Virus record (IMG/VR): IMGVR_UViG_3300031687_000019
Location: 1-53,261 of that record
Direction: 5' to 3' (one strand)
Source: a virus
Taxonomy: Duplodnaviria; Caudoviricetes
DNA: 53,261 nt
Shown here: in pieces, positions 28,603 to 39,433 of the stretch
Numbering within the stretch: the first letter of the stretch is position 1
Layout of the letters: every line of letters begins with the position of its first letter
Program-made: the position numbers and the translations under genes
The notes under the pieces: model-generated
Seen by the model: the letters and a program-made list of their open reading frames with translations, nothing else
The model's database searches: none
What the model was told of the DNA's origin: nothing

Positions 28603-30195
28603 ATGAGTTATAGAAATCCAAAAATAATCGACGACAAGTCTGGGCAAATACTTGGCCAGGCAATAGCACTAGGTGCGCAGAATATTTCTAAAGGTATTGT
28701 AGGTATGGAAGCCCAATACCAAGCAGCACAAAAGCGAAAAGAAGAAAAAGCAAAAGCTGACCAATTAAAAAGGGATAGAGAATCTGATGGAATGGTTAAT
28801 GCCATAGAAACAAATGCAAAAAATAGGACCGCTCAATATAAACGGCAGCAAGATTTAATGAAAAATGTTGGTAAAAATTTTACCAGCAAGATGGAAAAAA
28901 ACGTAGATGAAGGGGGCCAGCTAAGAATGGATAATGTTACGGACAAAAGCCCTGAAATGGTTGCTAAAATTAAAAAGAATGTGGAAGAGCAAGATAACTT
29001 AAATGGTTTTATGGGCAATGTAGGTTCTATAATGCCCGAAGCCGCTGAGCTATCAGAATTAACCGCTAGTCAGTTAAAAGATATTGTGTACTATACCCCT
29101 ATAAATGGAGATAAAGGTGAGTCTGCTCAGCTTATTCTTAAAGGCTTAATGGCTACAGAAGGATACGGTTACGACATAATGCAAGAAGATGGCATAAATT
29201 ATCTTCTTATAAACACCCCAGACGGAGGACAAGCTAGATTTAGCGAAGCTGAATTAGAGGCTGCAGGGACGCTTTTTGGGAAACGAAACCAGACTACTTC
29301 CCAATATCTAGATGCAACGCTTAAAGACAAAATATTAGTGGAACAGGAAGGAGAATCCGGCCTAGCACTAAATAAGGCGCTAGCAGATAGCGTTCCTATT
29401 ACCACAGAAAAAGTGGATGAACAAGGATATAAAATTGTTAGGCAGGAAGTCAATGCAGGTAAGCTTGATAAGTTATTGAACACGGAGATAATGGAAATTA
29501 ATGCTACTATAACGACTGCTTCCTCTGTCCCCCAAAGAAACCAGACTTTAAATGATCTATTAATAGATCCAGATGAATTCGATGCTCTTTCTAAAGACAA
29601 GCAAGAAGTAATGATTGGGGATCAGGTTAGAAATAACATATTGCAAAAATATGGTATAAAGCAAATGGAAGTTGATTTAGAAAACAATGGCAAAGAAACA
29701 CAATACTACCGTCAAAGCAGAGGACCTGCTGTAAGAAAAGAAGGGGTTACTACCACACAAAGACTTGAAAACTTTAATGATTTTAATGCAGGATTGAGTA
29801 GCTTAGTTAAAACGGCGGGAGATGCCCCGGTAGGCATGCAGTCAGCTATGAAATTACTCTCTGTTGGAGCAGGTAAAAAGTTAACTATAAATAGTAAAAG
29901 AAGGCCTATAAACGATGTTGTATTTAATGGCGACAGCATGACTGTAACATGGGATAGACCTAAATTTGCCCCTTCTGAATCGGATCTTAGCATAGAAAAA
30001 TTTTATAATCCAAACAAAAACATAAAAGGAATTAACGGAGAGCAAGTTAAGCCTGCTAAGAATATAAACTCCAAAACCTTCGATTTAAACAATTATGAAA
30101 CATTAACTAATTTTATTCAAGATGCAGGATATGTTTCGGCTACTCAAGCAAGAGAAATGGCTAAAGAAATAATAGAGGCAAACAAGGCTAGATAA
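28603..30195 (+). CDS. probable internal virion/ejection protein
   Basis: position between the pilot and giant proteins; helical N-terminus. Confidence 0.55.
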   Translation: MSYRNPKIIDDKSGQILGQAIALGAQNISKGIVGMEAQYQAAQKRKEEKAKADQLKRDRESDGMVNAIETNAKNRTAQYKRQQDLMKNVGKNFTSKMEKNVDEGGQLRMDNVTDKSPEMVAKIKKNVEEQDNLNGFMGNVGSIMPEAAELSELTASQLKDIVYYTPINGDKGESAQLILKGLMATEGYGYDIMQEDGINYLLINTPDGGQARFSEAELEAAGTLFGKRNQTTSQYLDATLKDKILVEQEGESGLALNKALADSVPITTEKVDEQGYKIVRQEVNAGKLDKLLNTEIMEINATITTASSVPQRNQTLNDLLIDPDEFDALSKDKQEVMIGDQVRNNILQKYGIKQMEVDLENNGKETQYYRQSRGPAVRKEGVTTTQRLENFNDFNAGLSSLVKTAGDAPVGMQSAMKLLSVGAGKKLTINSKRRPINDVVFNGDSMTVTWDRPKFAPSESDLSIEKFYNPNKNIKGINGEQVKPAKNINSKTFDLNNYETLTNFIQDAGYVSATQAREMAKEIIEANKAR

Positions 30196-30222
30196 TAATT
30201 ACTACAATTAAAATATATATTT

Positions 30223-33200
30223 ATGTACGAGTACTTAATCAACAAAGAAACAGTAATTTTTGAAAACGAGAAAGACATGCTCGCGGGTCTTAAAGCCGCG
30301 GAAGAAGCGGAATATAGTATAGAGCTAATCAGAGATGATAGCATGGCTCAAAAATCAGAGGATACTTCCACGTTTGGCAAGCCTCAAAAAGAAGACACAT
30401 TTGTGTTTGGGAATCCTACCCCAGAAGAGCAGCTACAAGCTACTCAAAGCGAAGCGTCACAAGGAAATTTTACACAAGACCCTGTAGAGAGTGCGGATGC
30501 GGTGTCGGAAACTGTAGCACAAGACGATACGGAATTACCGCAGGAAGATACTTCTTTGGATTTACCAGAAGATGATTTTCAAATTAAATTAGATAAGCTT
30601 AAAGAACTTAAAGACTTTAGAGCTAAATCACCTAATGGCACTCTGCCAACAGATGGAGAGGCGTTTCAAAAGTTAAAAGATTACGACTATAATAAAGATT
30701 TAGGAATAATAAATACTGAAACAAGAGAAAAAGACCCGATAAAACAAGCTGAATTACAAGAATTTAAAGACTTTTCGCAAAACAGTTTAAACTCAGGTAT
30801 ACTACAGCAGCTAAATGTCAAAGGGGTTTCTTTACCAGCTAAAATACAAAACGGGCTTGAAAAAGAATATAGAAAGTATATAAAAGATAATTATGAAAAT
30901 TTTATTACTACTAGAACTGTTGCGGAGGTAGCTGTAAATATTACCAAAGATAAGCAAATGCCAACGGATTTTGCTATTGATCAAATTGTAGCGGAACAGT
31001 TGCAAGGGCTTCAAGAAAAGCAAAATAATGAAGAAAAAGAAAAAGAACAAATATTAGGTAGAGGTGTATCTAAGAACCCTACGCAAAAAGTAATTTCGGC
31101 TATAAAAGGTAGAATAGATAATGCCCCTGCTAACCGAAAACTATTTGGGGCAACAAGCCAAAGAATTGATGCTATTGATAGAAAACTAGCACCCAGTAAT
31201 CTTCTGCCAGACAACGAAAGACTTGCTTTAGAAGATGAAAGAAGAGCGCTAATTATTTCATCTGCTGAGGCTTTTGAAAGAATGAATCCTGCGGGATCCG
31301 CAAACCCATATAGGGACGGGTTTGAGTACGCTGGTAAAAGCAAAAAAAATAAACTAACTCAATTTTTTAATTTAGAAACGGGAGCGCAGGTAATGCCCGC
31401 GGAAGCTGCTTTAAGCAATGAAAAGCTTATTACCGCGCCTCCGGAGATGATTGCTGAAGCTGAAAGATTAGCCAAGCTGGCTAGAGAACCATTAAAAGCT
31501 GCTTTTTATTACAATGTTCTGAAAGAGACCCAAATAAACGAAGATCTTAAAAAAACATTTGATTTTAATCCAAACAAAGCTTACGAGCGGAGAGTTAATA
31601 AAGGCGAAGGAATCGGGCAAGGCCCAATGGATAAATCCCGTTTAAGAGTGTACCTTGAATCTAAGGGTTATACGCCAAATGAGAACGGCTTGTATACAAA
31701 TGTAACAGCTGAAGATTTATTACCTTTAAAAGACATGAACCTATCCGGAAGGTTTGGTATATTTAGTGAAGACGGCGGCTCTATATTAGACGACGCATTC
31801 GTCCCACGAGAAGGAGAATTGTCTACCCCAGCTATGTTTATACAAAATTTAGCGGAGGAAAGAATGCAAAACTCAATAGAGGGTAATGCACTAAACAGGG
31901 CTTACTTGTTTAACATCGATCCCGGCTCAGAAAAACTAGACGCAGGAGACTACGTAGCAACTTTTGCTAAAAAAGCCGCGGCCGGCACATTGGATTTACT
32001 GCCTGACAGCATGACTTCAAGGTACATTGATGAATTGCCTTTAACTCAGCGAGAAATGCTAGATAATTCCGAACAAATGTTAATGAATGCTGGTATTGAA
32101 ATAACTGAAGAGCAAAAAGAAAATTTTGCTAGAGGCTATGGCATGAAGGCGGTAGAACAACTAGGTGATTTTGCTCCTATGCTTATAAATTTTGCTTTTC
32201 TTAATAAAGCAGCAGGAGCCGCTGGAATGACTAGAATGATCGGTACTTTAATGAAGGGAGGGCCGAAACAAAAAGCAATGGGGCTAATTTTTGGCGCTTT
32301 ACTTGAAGAAGTAAAATTTGAAGCGGCCACTTATGGTGAAGCTAAAACACTAGGGGGTACTGGATTTTTTGCAGGGGGCCAAGTAGCTAATGCTTTACTA
32401 AAAGGAAGAATGGGTGCGTTGGCTAGAAAAATATTAGGAGGAGCCGTCGGAGGTACAGCAGGTAGTGAAACTGCTAAAGTTGCTGAATCTATGGCAGAAG
32501 ATCTTATGGGTGACAAAGATTTTAAAACCAGTATGCAAGAATATTACGGTGATATTGACGAAGTTACCGAGAGGCTAATAATTGACGGTATAGTTTTTGG
32601 TGTATTAGGTATGACCCATGCTAAAAAAATAGACTTCATGAAGCAAAGTGCTAAGCAAAAACTTTCTTCAAAGCTAAATCGAGAGATTAATGATATGTCT
32701 TCCATACTTACTCCAAAAGAACTTAGTAAAAAGAAAAACTTGAAAGCTGAACTTGATCAAGACCTAGCGCTTGATAACGAGGCGTTTAGCAAATTAGCTA
32801 TAGGAGATCAAATAAAAAATGCTAAAGCTGCTAAAGCTAGACTAAATGAACTAGATGCGCAACTAAAAAGTGATCCTTTTGAAGGCGGACTAACGTCTTC
32901 TGCAGCTAAATTTGAGATGTGGGCAGAAAGAGGAATGCTGGAAAATATAATTTCTCGCGTTGACGCAAATAAAATGGCGGCCAGAAAGTCAATAAACGAT
33001 CAAGCCAATAACTTTAAAGAAAGCATAGGCAAGCCTGATATGCCTGTTATTATAACAGAGAATGGTGAGGGGATGGCCCTTGGTAACAAGGGTGAATTTC
33101 AGTTTGAATCAGTTAACGGCAAGCCGTCCATAATAGTAGATTTATCTTTATACCAGCCTGGTGTTCTAAGTCAAGAGGGCTTTCATGCACAAATGGCATT

Positions 33201-36200
33201 TGCTTTTGGGAAAGGATCCGGACTTAAAAATGTAAGCCTTGAAGTTGCTAAAAAGCTAAGAGAAAAAATAGAACCCGCTGTAGAAAAAGCTTTAGCAAAT
33301 GAAAGATTTGTTATAAGCGACGGTGAAGGCGGAACTAAAAATGGTACATTTAAAGAAGCTATAGAGGATGCTTACAGGGAAGATCCCGCTAAAACAGATG
33401 AAGAATACGTAGCTAACATTATAGAATTTCTGGGTAATAAAAAATACAGAAACCTTTTACTAGATAATTCTTTAATGGGTAAGCTTAATAAAGCTGTAAG
33501 GAATACCGCTAAAGATTTAGGCATAAGTAAACAAAATGTTGATCAGAACTTAACTACAGCTGAACAAACATTAGACTTCTTATATACTTTATCAGATTTT
33601 TCACAGGGCCCCGGAAGAGGTAAGAAGAACTTTGCTGCGTTTAAAAACCTTTCAATTGATGGGACTAAGCTGGTTGATATGAAAACCAATACGGAAATTA
33701 CAACTGCAAAGGAAATTAAAAAAGACATTTCAGCATCTAAAGAAATAAAACCTGAAGAGAAAAAAGATATATTTTCAAAAGCAACAAGTGTATACGAAAA
33801 GATGATGGCTGACGGAGAAAGCATGGACCAAATCGGTGTGATGGTTGGATACGAATTTCAACCTCTAGTAAGATCTAAGCTGAGGTCTTATCTTACTGTC
33901 AAAGCGCTAGACAATGTTTCGGATCAAGTTATAGAAGACATCGTTTCAGATGTTACATTGGGTGATGGAAAAGGAGGTTCTCAAAATATACCAGGACTAG
34001 TTAAATCATACAAAGAAAGTGGTGAAGCCAGTTTAACTTCTTATATTTTTGGTCAATTAAATAACAAAATATTAGGCGCACTTCAACAACCAGCATATCG
34101 CGATATATTCAACACTTTTTCTATAGATGCTAATCCGGGTCAAGCTGAAAGACTAGCCGAAGGAGAAGGTTTAGGAGGCGAAGGGATTTCTGATGGGTAC
34201 GTAGATTTATCTTCACCCGAACAAAATGTTAGGATAAACAGGATTAAAGCAGAAGTTACGCTTAAATTGCCTGCTGAGTTAAAAGAAGATATTAATAGCA
34301 TAGGAGAGCGTCTTTTAATGTCTACCCCGTTAAAAAATCTTGAAGCTAAACAGGAAGGTAGTATAAAATTACCAAGCGGTAAGACAGCTGAAATCGTTAT
34401 ATCAAAAAGTGAGCAAGCCACTATTGAAATAGAGGGGGAACCCTCTGAAACTGTAAGAGTTAGATCTCCTAAAATTCTAGAAGAAAAATTCGGAACAGGT
34501 AAAAAGTCTTTTGTAAAAAAGCCTACTACTAAAGAAAAGCTTTATAGAGACGGCATTGACTTAATATACCCTAAGCTAGAAAAAGCTGTTGGGGGATTAA
34601 AAGACAATTATACTGCTACCCCGGAATACGAGGCTTTTGTAGACAATGCATATCCTTTGCTTAAAAATTATCTAAGCCAATCGGCTATTAACAAAAGATT
34701 TGCAGACTTCAAAGAACCAGCTATAGATAAAAAAACAGGCAAAATACTTAAGAAAAAAACTTCCGCAGGAGGAACCGTATTTACAAAAAAAGATGTAAAG
34801 TTAGCTGAGTGGAGAGGATACTTTTTAGGAAATGGTAGCAAGCGTATAGACGGGCGTAGACGATCTATAATAGAGGCATTTTCAGGAGAATTTGTATTTG
34901 ATTCTGTAATGGAATCATTATCTAATGAAGCCATAAGAAAGCAAATAGAATCAAGACAAGAAGATATTGGTGTTGAGCTACTAGATAATTTTGTAACAGT
35001 TATTGCTAAAGAGATAGATCGTGGCAACCCAGGGGTTATGGCATCTAAGATAATAAAAATTGCTAATGAGTTTGGTGTAGACCCTTACAACATGCTTTTC
35101 GATAAAAACAATAACCTAAGACCTATAGATGAAATAGCAATGATGCCTGGTGGGCCTGAGGCTTTAGGTGAATTATATAGAGGGGCACAAGCTGAGCTTA
35201 CAAGGCAACTACAAAACAGAGCGAAGGATCAGGAAATAAACACGGTAGATAAACTTGATAAATACTATAAGGACAACCCTGAGTTATTTACTCCTGAAAT
35301 GCGAGAAGCGGTAAAAGAAGTAAGAACATTGTCAATGGAAGATTTCAAAAATTTTAAGGATCAAACCGACTTTTTAGTGACATTATTTCCAGAAAAATTT
35401 TCTGAATTTTCTTTAGAAACCGTGGATGTTGGTGTGCCAAATAGTTTTTTATCTCAAATATTTTCAGCAAACTCTAGAACAAACAAGGCTACGGAAGCTT
35501 TTTACATTAATAAAGGTTTATCAGCGGAAGCCGCAAAGAAGAAAGCTACCATTAACAGGGAAGAGTTTACTAAAAAAATTAAAGGCAAAATAGGCACAAA
35601 CTATAATGCACCTGAAATGAAGCAAGCTAGAGAGGCGTGGGAAAGAGTAATGGAATTAGCTGAGGAAAACAATATTGATCGAAAAATTACTAATAAAAGC
35701 GTTAAAGTACAAAGAGGTATTACCATACTTAAGCAGGCAAAAGAGTATCAGGATGCAGTTGAAGCTATAATTTACTTGACAACAAATTTAACTACAAAGC
35801 AAAGAAAGGCTGAAATTAGCAAAATAGAGGGTTACGATGCTTACAAAAAGGCTATGGAATTACAAGTAGCTACATTAGATGCGATTTTACTTACATTTGG
35901 GGCAGCTTCCAAGATGGTAAAAGGAACTGCTGCAGAGCAAAAGGCTAGTAGAGATAATATATTCAAGGCTTTAGGCACTATGCTTTTAAACAACGATAAA
36001 GGGTTTAGAAATTTGTCACCTGAAATATACTACGAAATAAGAGATGGAGGTATAAAGGATCCTAAAAACGAACATTTGTTATCTAAAGCGGAATTTGCTA
36101 CTAGGGTTTTAACAGCATTTAATGAAGGAAGATTAAATACATTAGAAGAAGTAAAAGAAGTTTCTTCTGAATACGTTAGTTTAGTTGGGGAGCGAGCAGT

Positions 36201-39200
36201 GCAAAAAGCCGCAGATGCTTTTATGGGACCTACTGCGGAAAACAACAAAGAAGCAAAAATGCTAGATTTTGTTAAAGGAGAAACGAACAGACAATTTTCT
36301 ACAGCAGATTTAATTAAGCTAGATTCCGTTATAAACTTAATAACAGGTAAATCCGCTTTGCAGGAAATGATAGAAGCTCAAGCTAGGAAAGCATTAAACA
36401 TGCCCCTCCGCAGTTCAACAGAAGCTCTGTCTAATAACAATAAAATTTTGCTAGAATCAGGAATGATGACCACGGACAGCAAAACTACAATTTCCGCTTC
36501 TAAAAAAATAATAAATCTTGACCAAGCTTTTGAAAACGGTAAAGATCCAAATAAAAAACCTAAAGGTATAAGTGTATTTGATTTTGATGATACATTAGCA
36601 CGTACTAATAGTAAAGTGCTATACACAATGCCTGACGGTACTAAAGGTAAATTAAATGCAACCGAGTTTGCAAAAAAATCTGAAGCACTTGAGGCCAATG
36701 GTGCTGAGTTTGATTTCAGTCAATTTAGCGAAGTTGTTAAAGGTAAGTTAGGTCCATTGTTTTCTGAGGCTAAAAAGAAAGAAGGTAAGTATACTAATAA
36801 AGATGTATTTGTTTTAACCGCAAGGCCAGCTAATTCAGCTAAGGCTATATATGAGTTTTTAAAATCGGAGGGGCTAGAAATACCAATTGATAACATTGTA
36901 GGCTTAGGCGACGGCGCCGCTAAAGCTAAAGCAGAGTGGATGATAGGTAAAGTAGCGGAAGGATATAACGATTTCTATTTTGCTGATGATGCCATTAAGA
37001 ATGTAGAAGCTGTCCGTGATGCTTTAGGATTGTTCGATGTGAAGTCCAAAGTACAACAAGCTATAATGGCTTCTAAAAAGATAACTCTCGAGCGAGGCTT
37101 GTCCGAAATGATTGAACGTAAAAAAGGGATATCTTCTAAAGAACCCTTATCCGCCGCAATAGCATCTAACCTAGGTAAAAAGAAAGGTCGATTTGATTGG
37201 TTTATTCCGCCTAATGCAGAAGACTTTGCTGGATTAATGTACAAATTTTACGGCAAAGGAAAGCAAGGCGATAAGGATATGGCATTAATTAAAGAAACTT
37301 TAATAAGACCATTCAATCGAGCGGAAAACGCAATAAGTACATATAAGCAAAACTTAGGTAATGATTACGCCTCTTTAGAATCTCAAATGAAAGATCTTAA
37401 AATCAGCATGACCAAAGAAACCAAAGACAGCCTAGAGCAAGCTAATGTGAACGCTGATCAAGCTACCCGGGTTTTTATATATAACAAGCTGGGATATAAA
37501 ATACCAGGATTAGAAAAAAATGAAATAGCAAACATATCTAAAATAGTTAATGGAGACGCAAGGCTTTCTGCTTACGCAAAAGGTGTTATGGGTATAACCA
37601 AAACAAAAGAAGTATTTCCTAGACCAGGTGAAACGTGGTACTCCAGTAATATACGCTACGAATTGTTTAAGTATTCTACCGAGGGAGTTAGAGGTCATTT
37701 CTTAAAAGACTGGCAAAAGAACGTTGATGAAATGTTTACTGAAGAAAACTTTAGCAGAATCGAAGCAGGGTACGGCAAGAATTACGTTAACAATTTAAAA
37801 GAAACGCTAGCCCGAATGAAAACCGGTAAAACAAGATCTGCTGATTTAGGTAAGGATGTTCAAGCTGGTATGGATTACGTCAACGGATCTGTAGGGGTTA
37901 TAATGTTTTTAAATACCAGGTCCGCTGTATTGCAGACAATATCCGCGGTCAATTATGTTAACTGGAGTGATAACAACCCATTACAAATAGGTAAAGCTGT
38001 TGCTAAACCAAAAGAGTGGGGTAAAACGTTTATGGAAATATACAACTCTGATTTTTTAAAGCAAAGAAGAGGAGGGCTTGAAATAAATGTGGAAGAAGCA
38101 GAAATCGCTAAAGCTGTAGAAAGAAGTAAAGGTAATGCTAGAAACTTATATGACAGCATGATAAAAATAGGATTTAAACCTACACAAATGGCGGATAGTT
38201 TTGCTATTGCATTTGGAGGAACTCCGTTTTTAATGAACAGAACCGCAACTTATGTTAAGCAAGGCTTATCCATGGAGGCCGCAAAGAAAAGAGCTTTTGA
38301 AGATTTTAGAGAGGTTTCTGAGGAATCGCAGCAATCATCAAGGCAGGATAGAGTGTCTAATATACAGACAGGTGTTGCGGGTAGATTGATATTTGCGTTT
38401 GCAAATACCCCAATGCAAATGTCTCGTATGACTAAAAAAGCTACGCTCGATTTAGCTAACAATAGAGGAGATGCTAAAACAAATATATCTAAGATGCTCT
38501 ACTATGGTGCTGTGCAAAGTTATATATTCTACGCGCTACAGCAATCTCAGTTTTTAAGATTGTTCGGTGGAGACGATGAAGATATGACCCAAGAGGAAAA
38601 AGATTTTAACAAAGCAAACAATGAAAAAAAGAATACTAAAATAGCAAGTAGTATGTTTGACAGTTTTATATCTGGATCAGGATCCCCGGGTAAAGTAGCA
38701 ATAACTGCTAAAAACACTATACTAGAGTATTATAAACAAAAAGAAAAAGGGTATAAAGCAGATTACGGTGATGTATTAAACGCAGCATTTTCTATATCAC
38801 CTCCGTTGTCTTCTAAAAGTAAAAAGGTTTACTCAGCTTATAAAAGCTATAAGCACTTTTCAACTAAAACAGGACAAAAAGAATTAGCAGAGTACGGGCA
38901 GTATGCTTTTGACAATCCAATGTTAATGGCTAACGCTAAAGTTTTTTCTTCCGTTAGTAATGTACCAGCCGATAGACTAATACAGAAAGTAAACAATCTT
39001 TATTCTGCGTTTACTGATGAAACTTTAACCCCTATACAAAGTATTGCATTGGCTGCTGGTTGGGACAAGTGGAGTTTAGGTTTATATGATCCAGACTTTA
39101 TGACTGCTGATGAAATTGCTGGGAATAAAGCAAAAAGAAAAGAACAATTAAAGAAAGAAAAAATAGCTAAAAAAGAAGCAGCTATAAATTCTTACGATAT

Positions 39201-39423
39201 GAAGATGAGTGAACCTGAAAGAAGAGACATACTTAAGGTGCTTTCAAAAAAGCAGCAGATGGACTCCTTAGGTGCTTTAGAGGTAAGTATAAAAAGAAAA
39301 AGAGAATTGTATAAAATGAAGGAGATAAATAGAATAGAAGAAATAATACGATTACAAAACAAAAGACAATTTTATATAGACACAAAAAACATAAATAAAA
39401 CTAGACAAGATTCTTTAAAATAA
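30223..39423 (+). CDS. giant (3066 aa) multidomain virion/ejection polyprotein
   Basis: last gene of the ejection module; zincin-like QEGFH...EE, sigma-2-like segment, HAD DFDDTL..TAR..DD, helical C-terminal ejection-type region. Confidence 0.8.
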   Translation: MYEYLINKETVIFENEKDMLAGLKAAEEAEYSIELIRDDSMAQKSEDTSTFGKPQKEDTFVFGNPTPEEQLQATQSEASQGNFTQDPVESADAVSETVAQDDTELPQEDTSLDLPEDDFQIKLDKLKELKDFRAKSPNGTLPTDGEAFQKLKDYDYNKDLGIINTETREKDPIKQAELQEFKDFSQNSLNSGILQQLNVKGVSLPAKIQNGLEKEYRKYIKDNYENFITTRTVAEVAVNITKDKQMPTDFAIDQIVAEQLQGLQEKQNNEEKEKEQILGRGVSKNPTQKVISAIKGRIDNAPANRKLFGATSQRIDAIDRKLAPSNLLPDNERLALEDERRALIISSAEAFERMNPAGSANPYRDGFEYAGKSKKNKLTQFFNLETGAQVMPAEAALSNEKLITAPPEMIAEAERLAKLAREPLKAAFYYNVLKETQINEDLKKTFDFNPNKAYERRVNKGEGIGQGPMDKSRLRVYLESKGYTPNENGLYTNVTAEDLLPLKDMNLSGRFGIFSEDGGSILDDAFVPREGELSTPAMFIQNLAEERMQNSIEGNALNRAYLFNIDPGSEKLDAGDYVATFAKKAAAGTLDLLPDSMTSRYIDELPLTQREMLDNSEQMLMNAGIEITEEQKENFARGYGMKAVEQLGDFAPMLINFAFLNKAAGAAGMTRMIGTLMKGGPKQKAMGLIFGALLEEVKFEAATYGEAKTLGGTGFFAGGQVANALLKGRMGALARKILGGAVGGTAGSETAKVAESMAEDLMGDKDFKTSMQEYYGDIDEVTERLIIDGIVFGVLGMTHAKKIDFMKQSAKQKLSSKLNREINDMSSILTPKELSKKKNLKAELDQDLALDNEAFSKLAIGDQIKNAKAAKARLNELDAQLKSDPFEGGLTSSAAKFEMWAERGMLENIISRVDANKMAARKSINDQANNFKESIGKPDMPVIITENGEGMALGNKGEFQFESVNGKPSIIVDLSLYQPGVLSQEGFHAQMAFAFGKGSGLKNVSLEVAKKLREKIEPAVEKALANERFVISDGEGGTKNGTFKEAIEDAYREDPAKTDEEYVANIIEFLGNKKYRNLLLDNSLMGKLNKAVRNTAKDLGISKQNVDQNLTTAEQTLDFLYTLSDFSQGPGRGKKNFAAFKNLSIDGTKLVDMKTNTEITTAKEIKKDISASKEIKPEEKKDIFSKATSVYEKMMADGESMDQIGVMVGYEFQPLVRSKLRSYLTVKALDNVSDQVIEDIVSDVTLGDGKGGSQNIPGLVKSYKESGEASLTSYIFGQLNNKILGALQQPAYRDIFNTFSIDANPGQAERLAEGEGLGGEGISDGYVDLSSPEQNVRINRIKAEVTLKLPAELKEDINSIGERLLMSTPLKNLEAKQEGSIKLPSGKTAEIVISKSEQATIEIEGEPSETVRVRSPKILEEKFGTGKKSFVKKPTTKEKLYRDGIDLIYPKLEKAVGGLKDNYTATPEYEAFVDNAYPLLKNYLSQSAINKRFADFKEPAIDKKTGKILKKKTSAGGTVFTKKDVKLAEWRGYFLGNGSKRIDGRRRSIIEAFSGEFVFDSVMESLSNEAIRKQIESRQEDIGVELLDNFVTVIAKEIDRGNPGVMASKIIKIANEFGVDPYNMLFDKNNNLRPIDEIAMMPGGPEALGELYRGAQAELTRQLQNRAKDQEINTVDKLDKYYKDNPELFTPEMREAVKEVRTLSMEDFKNFKDQTDFLVTLFPEKFSEFSLETVDVGVPNSFLSQIFSANSRTNKATEAFYINKGLSAEAAKKKATINREEFTKKIKGKIGTNYNAPEMKQAREAWERVMELAEENNIDRKITNKSVKVQRGITILKQAKEYQDAVEAIIYLTTNLTTKQRKAEISKIEGYDAYKKAMELQVATLDAILLTFGAASKMVKGTAAEQKASRDNIFKALGTMLLNNDKGFRNLSPEIYYEIRDGGIKDPKNEHLLSKAEFATRVLTAFNEGRLNTLEEVKEVSSEYVSLVGERAVQKAADAFMGPTAENNKEAKMLDFVKGETNRQFSTADLIKLDSVINLITGKSALQEMIEAQARKALNMPLRSSTEALSNNNKILLESGMMTTDSKTTISASKKIINLDQAFENGKDPNKKPKGISVFDFDDTLARTNSKVLYTMPDGTKGKLNATEFAKKSEALEANGAEFDFSQFSEVVKGKLGPLFSEAKKKEGKYTNKDVFVLTARPANSAKAIYEFLKSEGLEIPIDNIVGLGDGAAKAKAEWMIGKVAEGYNDFYFADDAIKNVEAVRDALGLFDVKSKVQQAIMASKKITLERGLSEMIERKKGISSKEPLSAAIASNLGKKKGRFDWFIPPNAEDFAGLMYKFYGKGKQGDKDMALIKETLIRPFNRAENAISTYKQNLGNDYASLESQMKDLKISMTKETKDSLEQANVNADQATRVFIYNKLGYKIPGLEKNEIANISKIVNGDARLSAYAKGVMGITKTKEVFPRPGETWYSSNIRYELFKYSTEGVRGHFLKDWQKNVDEMFTEENFSRIEAGYGKNYVNNLKETLARMKTGKTRSADLGKDVQAGMDYVNGSVGVIMFLNTRSAVLQTISAVNYVNWSDNNPLQIGKAVAKPKEWGKTFMEIYNSDFLKQRRGGLEINVEEAEIAKAVERSKGNARNLYDSMIKIGFKPTQMADSFAIAFGGTPFLMNRTATYVKQGLSMEAAKKRAFEDFREVSEESQQSSRQDRVSNIQTGVAGRLIFAFANTPMQMSRMTKKATLDLANNRGDAKTNISKMLYYGAVQSYIFYALQQSQFLRLFGGDDEDMTQEEKDFNKANNEKKNTKIASSMFDSFISGSGSPGKVAITAKNTILEYYKQKEKGYKADYGDVLNAAFSISPPLSSKSKKVYSAYKSYKHFSTKTGQKELAEYGQYAFDNPMLMANAKVFSSVSNVPADRLIQKVNNLYSAFTDETLTPIQSIALAAGWDKWSLGLYDPDFMTADEIAGNKAKRKEQLKKEKIAKKEAAINSYDMKMSEPERRDILKVLSKKQQMDSLGALEVSIKRKRELYKMKEINRIEEIIRLQNKRQFYIDTKNINKTRQDSLK

Positions 39424-39433
39424 CCTAACTAAA

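Noticed and set aside
1730-38462. Many - strand ORFs opposite the late genes
   Set aside because: Shadow ORFs of long genes, S/F/L-rich, with no recognisable motifs
30223-39423. crAss-like virion RNA polymerase
   Set aside because: No DxDxD catalytic motif seen; DFDDTL belongs to a HAD motif set
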